Assembly (NCBI GenBank): GCA_964035545.1
Contig: OZ037773.1
Coordinates: 7,717,751 to 7,781,750 of the forward strand
DNA: 64,000 nt
DNA from: Bugula neritina
Taxonomy: Eukaryota > Animalia > Bryozoa
Direction of reading: 5' to 3'
Shown here: positions 14,701-24,200 of the stretch, piece after piece
Layout: each line of letters begins with the position of its first letter
Numbering within the stretch: the first letter of the stretch is position 1
Translations under genes and position numbers: made by a program
The notes under the pieces: model-generated
Told to the model about the DNA's origin: nothing
The model's database searches: none
The model's input: only the letters and a program-made list of their open reading frames with translations

Positions 14701-16811
14701 CGACTACCCTTTCTTGAGGCTCATAATAGTTTGTACTCACACCCGTTACAGATGTCTGTACATTATTATTTTGTGTTTGAGCATGTTTCATCTCACTAAA
14801 CCAAATACTGTAACTACACATATTGTTAATTTATGTCCTTTTGAGTATAAAATTGTTCTATTCTCAAATGCACCTGTTTAAACAAAGATAGGTGGAAATC
14901 TTAGACCACAATAATTATTGATTATTAAAACTAAACACTTCTCAGTACAGCATATCATTTTAGTTGGAAGGGTGAAGCCTATAATCATTTTATATTATAT
15001 AGAGCTGTTGCATATTTATTTCGCTGAATTGAACAGTTAATCTAAAGAAATATTCAAATAGGCCCCTATTGGGTTAATTGCAGATGCAAAGCAAAACTTT
15101 CATAAACAGTTACAACAAAATAATCTTAATTTTTTTTCATAATTTAATGGGCGTTTCCATGCTTGGATACACAAATTTAAGTATTTATAAATAGGTGAAA
15201 GGTCTTAGCAATCATACCAAAGAAATATTCTTGCATAACATGCATAAAAATTGTCACTCAATAATTTACAATCACCTACTTGATTGACAATAACAATGTC
15301 TGTGCAATTATGTGAATATGCAAAGATTGTCTGCTTGAAAAACATAATGGTTGAATTCACTTGGATCAATAATATTGCACTTCAACACAGCTATAAGCTC
15401 ACAGCTAAATTGATAACTACTTATATTTATAGTGTTTTACTATATGCTAACAGGGGGTTTGCTGATCATGCATTTTTGATAGCATGTAGGGGCTAGTAAT
15501 TGTCTAACGCTGTAATATAAGAATGGTGCATTAAAAATGTCTTTGTCTAATTCACTTTTATATAACTACAATTGAATTATCATATTGATTGATTCAGTAA
15601 TGAAGCATCTGTGTTATCATGCGATGTTACCAGGAATTACAGAGCACATAAAATATAAACTTTGCCACTTTTCTTCTCTAGTTTTAAAAAGAATTCTAAA
15701 TCACAGCTGCTGTAAGTAGCTTGTTAAAGTTTAAAAGAAAGGAAATAAATTGATGCAGTATAAAATTTATGTACTATAGTTTGTGTAGCTGCATGCATGT
15801 ATGTAATAAAGCAAATAATATACAGAGTCAATTGTGTTATTTCAACTCCTGAAGTGCTACCCAACTAGTTAGTTATAGTCCAGTTTATAGCTCACTAAAA
15901 TACCACAATATTTGGGATATAAATATTAATGGAAGTTTCATAAAAATTTATATGGCAAAACCTTGACACTATATAAAGGAAGTGCAGATTGCATTCTCTA
16001 ATTACTTTCTTCTCGGTGACTCGTAAAGGTGCTAGATGTAGCGAACATTATAAAATGCTAAACTTGGTAAGAAAAAAAAATTAATGCTAGGTTTGGTCAT
16101 CAGATAATAGCATTGTCTCTGTTAGTCATGGAAAGGGGCCAAGTATAAATTACCATTTAGATTTTAGTGCATGAAGTTTACCAACATTTGAGAGACAACA
16201 ATGATGATATAAAATTTTATATTTTACTAAAATGAGTATTTACTAAATGAGTACAATGTTATGCCTAGCATGTCACGTGACCTATATTGTAGGCCTACTC
16301 ATGTCAGTAGCATTGGCAATATATCCTGCTGGGTGGAAATCACAGGAAGTAAAGTATTTCTGTGGCGAAAAGGCTGAAGAATTCAATAAAAGTGAATGCA
16401 CTATAGGTAAGATAACTCCTACTATTTATATATGCCCATGTTTTATGCACCTTTTAGGATGCTGCTAAACCACCTTCTCCTACGCTTACTAGTACACACC
16501 ATCAAGTATAGCAACACCATTAAAGTCTATAAATCTTATTTCAAACCGCATCTATCTATCAGGTCAAGGCCAGAAAACATCCACTGAGAATTTTACAGAG
16601 AATTCAAAACAGCCCTGGCCTTTGGATAGCTCGTTTACCAATTTTCATAAACTTTTTCTGCATTGTAGGTTGGGCATACATAACACTGATTCTAAGCACT
16701 GTGGCAATCTTTGCAACTGGAATGCTTTCCATCAATGCAGATAAGGCAACTTCTAAGGATAAAATAGAAGACGAAATCCTGGATGGAAAACACGTCATAT
16801 GCGTGATATAG
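11715..16811 (+). CDS. LHFPL2: LHFPL tetraspan subfamily member 2-like, 250 aa, 5 coding exons
   Basis: Exons 11715-11961, 12569-12681, 13558-13693, 16293-16406 and 16669-16811 have consistent phases (753 nt). Motifs matching LHFPL2: MACYVIVTCMSMLWT, YSPTIGLYKKC, KSLFTITGLLQ, IYPAGW...FCG...CTIGWAY, and C-terminal ATSKDKIEDEILDGKHVICVI. Four hydrophobic segments. Confidence 0.93.
13783..13990 (+). mobile_element. Decayed tRNA-derived SINE-like fragment
   Basis: The head ggagcagctgtggtctaaggattagagtgctgact resembles a tRNA 5' half with an A-box. It is followed by a GC-richer body (aggaagagcatccaatcatagttgctcctgtg). No clear B-box or target-site duplication. Confidence 0.4.
14375..14670 (-). 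mobile_element. tRNA-derived SINE-like element (minus strand)
   Basis: The reverse complement begins ggtcactgagtgcattggttagggttctagactccagagtccaaagttagagttcgggcac, with A-box-like and GTTCG B-box-like segments at tRNA spacing but no intact cloverleaf. A short related piece (aaccactgcactcagtgacc) occurs at about 9011-9030. Confidence 0.5.
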
Positions 16812-18495
16812 ATACGAAGTCAACCAATGCCCACCAACGGACATTTGTAGGCATTATGCAATTGTAGTACAATTTTCTTCACCATGGCAAATGATTGCTA
16901 CGGGTTCTTCACTCAATTGGACTTACAGTGAAGAGCATACACTAAGCTTCTGGAAGTATTGACATTATAATTTTTCCAGGAGTCTGGAATACCAACCAGT
17001 TTTAGAAGGTCCCCTATTAGTTTGATTATTGATAAAGCTACTATATACAGATCCGCATTGCACAGCTGGGATACCTATCATTTATTGGTCACGAACCAAC
17101 ATGAATATTATGCAGAAAGCCTTGATGGATGCCTGATTAATCTATTAAGTTTGTTAAGCTGTAATGTATTTTCACTAACCTCTAACACACAATTTATATT
17201 ATTTATTATAAAATGACACTGCTGATTGGATATACAATATTTTTATTTAATAAATGAGAAATATTTTATTAATAAGTATAATGTAGAAATAAATGTAAAT
17301 AAATGAAGAAACTTGCATGGCCTGTATATGAGCATGTAAACCCTTTTAAACAACACTTGCACCCTCCCCTGCTTAAACCAACAGCCATGCAAGTCTCTAT
17401 GCTAAATATTATGTGGAAAGTCACTACAAACACTTGTTCTTGGAAATCTGTAACATTCGGTAATCCCTGACAGCACTGGTCTTGTCAATCTCTACACCAC
17501 ATTGCCGACTATTAATATAAAAGGAGATCATGTCTACATCTGTGGAATAACAAAACATGTCTAGAGACACAGACCTAATAACCAGCAAGAGATTGAAAAC
17601 ACTATGTAGTAAATCAAACCTTGCTATTGTACATAACATGGCAACAGAACAGGGTTGTTAGAGCTAACCATGACAAAGGGTATTACCATTTGTAATTGAA
17701 GCAAGTTCATGTGTCCAGCTGACACTAGCTTGGTAGAGTCAGCAATGTAGAGTATCACATGATGCCGCTGACAAGGTAGTTCACCCCATAATATCAACTT
17801 GACATACAGAGAGTATGCAAGAAGACGGGGAGCAAGTGTCAGCATGTGATATTCATTGACTCTGAAATAGATGAAACATGAATTAATATGACATCCTAAC
17901 GCCGCAGTCCACAAAAAGTCATACATAATTTTAGAACAAATCTCAGCTGATATACAAGAGTCACAACTAATGAGTTTTATATATAACAGAAACCGACCAT
18001 TGTGTCATTATACTTAGCCATAGTAAGTGGAATAGTGAGTCCGGTATATTGCACATTCGCACACTCGGCGACTGAAATACAACCAACAGAGTTGTGTAAT
18101 ACTACATAGTATACAGATAGGTTAATTTTATGCGCATTTGAAATTCAAATAAAATAATAATACATGAGAAGGTAACTTTGAAGACGTGTGAAATGCATAC
18201 TCTGATTGGACCAAACCCTCCCACAATTTTTTTGCAGAGTGCATTTCACACGAGTAAAAATGAGCTAACAGAATTGTCTATATGATTTAATTCAATACAG
18301 CATGTCACCATGATTGAATATTGAATAACCAGTGTTTCTCGACTGATAGTTAGAATGTTGCAATTTGCATGCAGTTATGGAATATAGGCTTCGACACGGA
18401 GATAAAATACCGACCATAAAATTAAATCAATATCCACATAGCCAACTGGGCACTTCTTCTGTACATAGTGCAGTCTATCGTGTCAGCTAAACCGG

Positions 18496-19263
18496 CTAAG
18501 CCCTCGAGTCATCATTACATTTATTACAGAACTCCATGGAAACAGAATCCTGAGTGACATGCAAGCAAACACCGGGCTGAATAGGAGTTGCATTTGCTCT
18601 ATTATAGTGATCAGTTCTTTTCAGCACTTTGCTGGGTATGACAGAGTTTGGAGAGTCGGATACTGATTGTGTACGTTTCAAACTTGATGGAGAAATGTTT
18701 TTTAAAAGTTTAGCTAGGGCGGTGTCATTAGCTATGACGCTTTTCAAGTACGCTATTTCTTCATGCAGTTCCATAATAGTTGAGTTAGCACGAGATAGTC
18801 CGGCAGTCAGCGACTGCTTCTCATGCTTCAGAGTGTCTATTTCTTTCTCTAGGTTACTGGTGTATTCTTTCTTCTTGCGGCGGTTCTCTCTCGCCAATAC
18901 AGCATTTTTTGACATTGGTCCGCACACAGAAAAACCACATTCGGGCTCAAGCTCAACATATTTGGGCACTTTTTCTACTGGGCTAATTTCGGGTTCTGGC
19001 TGTACTTTAGCAGTAGCCGCATAGTTGTGGTGCATGCCAACGAAAACATCTGAGTTTGTAATAGCCTTGGTGACATTTACACTTACAGTCGGAGTCTTCA
19101 TAGGCTGCTCAGACTGAGGCTGTAGCATCTCAACCTTTTCTTCGAACAGGTCTAAAATGTCAAGTGGTGAATTATTTCCGTCATTATTCAATGACTCAGG
19201 GAGGAGAGAGTTATAGTCTAGGATATCGGAGAGATCGCCTTCTGAACTTGGTGGGCTCCACAT
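18496..19263 (-). CDS. CREBZF: CREB/ATF bZIP transcription factor (Zhangfei)-like, 255 aa, single coding exon
   Basis: Basic region and zipper SKNAVLARENRRKKKEYTSNLE...EEIAYLKSVIANDTALAKLL, plus the CREBZF-type C-terminal GVCLHVTQDSVSMEFCNKC. An in-frame TGA two codons upstream fixes the start. 5'UTR acceptor at 19374-19375. Confidence 0.92.
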   Translation of the reverse strand: MWSPPSSEGDLSDILDYNSLLPESLNNDGNNSPLDILDLFEEKVEMLQPQSEQPMKTPTVSVNVTKAITNSDVFVGMHHNYAATAKVQPEPEISPVEKVPKYVELEPECGFSVCGPMSKNAVLARENRRKKKEYTSNLEKEIDTLKHEKQSLTAGLSRANSTIMELHEEIAYLKSVIANDTALAKLLKNISPSSLKRTQSVSDSPNSVIPSKVLKRTDHYNRANATPIQPGVCLHVTQDSVSMEFCNKCNDDSRA

Positions 19264-19999
19264 GATTCACAATTGAGGAACAGGTAAAATCACTGCAGAT
19301 TGGAAATAGCTCTGTAGCCAAACTAAAAGCTGCTTGCTGCTGCTTTTGTATCAAGACTTGGTTACTTTGCCAACTAAAATAACAAAAATATGAAATTATA
19401 GTTATAGTTCATTTAAAACGGAGTTCCTGTTGCATCAGTTACCAATGATTTACTGTGAATATTGATAGAATAAAAAAACAGGATCTTGATTACCTATGAC
19501 TATAGTAATAGTAATTACAGTTAAAGTGACTTATACTTAATCTTATAGCTATACTTATACTATAGCCTATAGCCATAGGGCTAGGCAATGAATATAATAC
19601 TAATATTTACTAACACTTGAAGTATAGTAACTATTAGTATTACTACTAGCAAATGTAATAGACTAATACTAATACTAATAGTAATACTACTACTACTAAG
19701 TAAGTAGTAATACTATTAGTATTATTGTATTAATATTCAATAGTAAAACTAAAACTAAAAGTAAAACTATAAGTAAAAATGATACCAAGTCCAATGGCAA
19801 TAGCAACTAGTAATACTAATTGGAAATCAAAATGCAATTCATAATGTTAATGATCATTATATTCATTAAATTAAACCATTGTCAAACTCAACAGTCAAAC
19901 TCAATGTGAATGTGAATGTCATTGTCACTGATAGTGATAGCCATAGTCAGTATCATAGTGATTGTGATTTTTCAAATTGTTTAATCGTACCAATTTCAA

Positions 20000-20390
20000 T
20001 ACTTACTAAGGAAGAAACAACTGCGGATAAATGCTTGATCCTGAGATTATAATAAGCTAGGAAGAAAATAAAGCCACCACAAGGAACTTCTGTGAGGAAA
20101 ATAAATGCTGATTAGTCAGCAAAACTCTAACTGATTCGATTACGCCTCTAAACAATTTAAGATGGCGGCAATCGTTTTCTTTCGTTTGAGTTAGAATTGT
20201 CACTCTAGACAAAACTCGGAAATATGATGTTAAAAAGTAACAGCTATAACCGTTTTACGATATTCCTTTCTTTCTCGACTTACCTTTAACCTTTCGTCAG
20301 AGGTATGACAACTCTACAAATAATTGCCTCTTCGTGATTACGGATTAGCTGCTGATTAGACTAGCTGCGAGTCCGAAAGAGTTAGGTACA
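20000..20390. promoter_or_regulatory. Bidirectional promoter region of CREBZF (-) and TDRD9 (+), with a YY1 motif
   Basis: CpG-containing patch between divergent genes. AAGATGGCGGC (YY1 consensus) at 20159-20169. Minus-strand GTAAGT donors at 20006 and 20283; plus-strand donor candidate gag|gtatga at 20303. Confidence 0.6.
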
Positions 20391-21210
20391 TTATGATTAT
20401 GATTGTGAAATTATTATAATTGTTGTTGTTGTGTTTGTAAAAGCCATAATAACTTACATTTACTTTTCTCACTTATTTTTTTAGCTATTAGTACCAATAG
20501 TTATACTTATACTACACCAAAAGATTGAGTATATATAGTTTTGCTATAAATATTAAATTTTAATTTAATTGAAATAAAAATTTAATTCGATCACGATGCG
20601 ATTATCAAATTGATCATTAAAAATCGTTGACAATAAGTTTAATTAGTAAGTTACTAATAAACTAATAGTAGTTGTCGTAGTTGAGACAGAGTGGTTTACT
20701 AATTCAAGTCGACTTTATCAACTGTCACACTCAAATTAAAACTGATCAATTCAAATTCAAAAACAAAGTCAAATGTAATTCGAATTGTATGTCAGTGTTA
20801 TTCAAACCTGTACTAAGATTTAGATTCTCATGTTTAAAGTGACTTTTATACTGAATCTGCAAGTCTTCTTTTAATAATATTTACTATTACTGTGATGTTT
20901 GCCCTAATGTTAGTGTTTGATGTTTATAATTACTGCATTGATGCTGGATGATATAATTTTACATGTGGCTTATCAGTTTAATTGAGCAATAACAAAATTA
21001 TTAATTAATTTAAAATGGAAACATATAAACCAATAAACCATATTTTATTATTCTTATTAGTGTAATTACTGCTTTTGGATTACAATTAATATTAATGATG
21101 CTGGTAGTTGCAGTATGATTCATAGTGCTGGTCAATAAAATTCATGTGTCTATACACTAAAATTAACTAAGCTGTCTTAGCAATCATAATTTAATTATAG
21201 TTACAGAAAA

Positions 21211-24200
21211 ATGCCACGACGGCCATTAGTAGGGGCAGCCACCCTAGAAGATATAGATAACTTTTTCTCTCTCAACCCTACAAAGAAAGCTCCTACTACC
21301 TCTTCACAACCTAAAGTAAATCACTCTAGAAATAAAATTCGGGGTCGAATGATTGATGAACATGGAAACCCCATAACCATGGAATACTGCATGAACACTC
21401 AACTCGAAGATAATAAACCCAGCTACCAACGGTTAGTTGACAACAAAATATATTATCTTCTGTAGCCTCGCCATATGTGGTCTTAGCCATATGTAGTGAT
21501 TAAAGCCCCAGTAAAACAACATTAATTAGTAACCCCTGCATCTATGTTCTAGATTCTAGTGTAAGCTGAAGAAAGTGTTTTGGCAGTTGCTATAGCAACC
21601 TGTTGCTATGTTTACTTGTACAACTCAATGTTACTCTCTGATACCTTACAGAGAAGTGGAAGAGTACGGGAGTGGTAAAGCGTATGTTACAGCATTCAAG
21701 GAGCAACGGCCGGCCCACTCACTTGCTGCTGGTTTAGGAAATATGGTGAATATATATTCTTGACCAGTATATTATGTTGTTTATTGCTGACCAAGTTGAA
21801 CAGCCTAACTGGCCAATGGGGTCGTGAGGCTCGTGACCTTCAGCTTATGTACCTATCAATGCGGTGCTGTGTCTGTTCAGTTTGCTTTAGAGAATTAGAA
21901 TATGTTTCTATCTCAAAAGTTGAAAACAGTGGATTTTTATTGAAAATTTGCATTAAAGACATGGCACGCAACATGATGATATTACTATAAATGTGTTAAG
22001 TTCTTTATGCAGAAATGGAACATGCAGAACATTGATTAAAGGCTTTCTCTCAATTAATATTGCAAAGAATTTGAATCTACTTTAACCAGCTTATAATACA
22101 TCAGCTTTACATCTGAACCATAAACTTGAAAATATGTATCTGTTTTTGTATAGAAAAGGCCCAAATTGTTTGCTAAAATTTCTAGGCTTTTGTAGAGTTT
22201 TAATTGTGAGATATATTTTTATAACAAAATGCAAGTTACTGGAATTATCTTCTTATTCAAATTTCTTGCTCCATGAAAAAAATAGAGCTAAGCTGTTTAG
22301 TTTATCAGTCTCATATACATCTATTATTAGAGTATAGATGATACAGCTACAGTCTCACTACATCTATTATTAGAGTATGAATGACACAGCCACAGTTTTA
22401 CTACATCTATTATTAGAGTATGAATGACACAGCTACAGTAGACCAACTTGAAACCAGAAGTATGACTGGCTCCACGGTATCCTTCCACGTCGGACACATG
22501 TTCAACGCTCACACACAGCGAGATGCTAAAGTTGCATACACTGGATATAGACAAGGTTTCTACAATGAGAAATTACCCATCACCATCCACAAAGATAGGG
22601 TAAGTTCCTTGAATACCCTCTGTGGAGCAATAATTTTTGTTTGGAAACTCAGGTATTATTGGCAGAGCAGTTTGCGTAGTTATTTTTGCTATTTGGGTGG
22701 CGGCTGTTCATTTAGTATTATAGTGAATGGTGTTGCTTGCTATTCATTGCAGATAGTGAGCACTATTGAGTCTACGCAGTGTACCATTATACAAGGCATG
22801 ACAGGATGTGGGAAGACAACTCAGGTTCCTCAGTATATTCTTGACGAGTGCGCCAGGACGAGTCGTAGGTGTAGGGTTGCCGTTACCCAGCCACGTAGAA
22901 TAGCGGCCATCAGTATTGCCAGAAGAGTGTGTGCTGAGAGAGGATGGAGTGAAGGAAGTTACTGCGGGTATCAGGTGGCTCGCGACTCCAAAGTTGACCT
23001 TGAGCGGACCAACATTGTGTACATGACTACTGGAATTCTTCTCCAGCTTCTTATCAATGATAAAAACTTGGACGCTTTCACTCACATTATTTTAGATGAG
23101 GTAGGTCTGCTACTGCCATGCCACTCAATACTTCTACTGTTGTATCTGTACAGGTAGACTTAGTTCTCAATAGCTTAGACTGTGGAGTATAGTTTGGATT
23201 TTTAAACAGCAATATTGCTGTGTTTTCAGCTCACACTATTCCTTTCTTGGAGTTATCCTTCATTATCAACTTGAGTTTGGAATTCCCATTACAGGTCCAC
23301 GAAAGAGACCAGGACACAGATCTGGCTTTGCTTATAATCAAGAAGTTCATTCACTCAGTTTCTCCAAATGTCAAGGTCGTTCTTATGTCGGCCACGTTTG
23401 ATTGCCAGGTGTTCTCTGAGTATTTTGCCACTGCAGTTAGGGGGGAAATGCAGAATGCCCCCATAATTGATGTTGAAGGCAAAATTCATGATGTGAAGCA
23501 GTTTTATTGGTCAGATTCTCCTTTGCGCCAAATGGTTTCGGTATGTAGGCTATGATATTACTAGTAAGTTGGCAACGCTGTATAATATAATCCATATTTT
23601 TGAAAATACGGTTTTGCTTTCATTGTAATTTAATAAACGTGCTGTTTTTAAATTTTAATATTTCCTTTATTATTAAAGTTATAGATTTTAACCATTAAAT
23701 TTTGCTCATGCAGTTTTAAATATGACTAGTACTTTAACGCAGGCAGTAAATACTAAACAGTAGCTAGCTATAGAAAACCCTTAAATATCTTTAATTCAGT
23801 ATTGTTCTCAGACCATATTGTGCCCACAACTCCAAGGGAGTAATTGTAACGCATTATGCTATAGTGAAACCCCATTTCTCACTACCCTAGTAAAGCATAT
23901 AATTGATTGAAATGGTTTAGCTAATTTTAATATTATCATTGTGATAAATTGCCAACTAGTAGTTTTATTTAACATGACTAGATAGTTGTGTTTAGTATGA
24001 GATGGGAGGACAACTCTACTGTCTGTAGTTTTTCTCCAACTCTGCCACTCCTACTAACCACTCCTATGTGTGCCACCATGGTAGTTGTAATTAGTATGAT
24101 GTGGAAAGACAACTCCTATACGGCGTACTGTGGTAGTTTTTTTTATAAAGACAACTCCAATATGTACTACTCTGTAGATGCCACGGTTTGATGATTACAC

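Noticed and set aside
18629-19024. 131-aa ORF antisense to CREBZF
   Set aside because: Shadow frame of a real CDS with no recognisable motif.
19211-19372. Open out-of-frame stretch overlapping the CREBZF start, resembling an ATF4-type uORF2
   Set aside because: No ATG in this exon or in the candidate upstream exon ending at 20007, where the frame hits a TAG.
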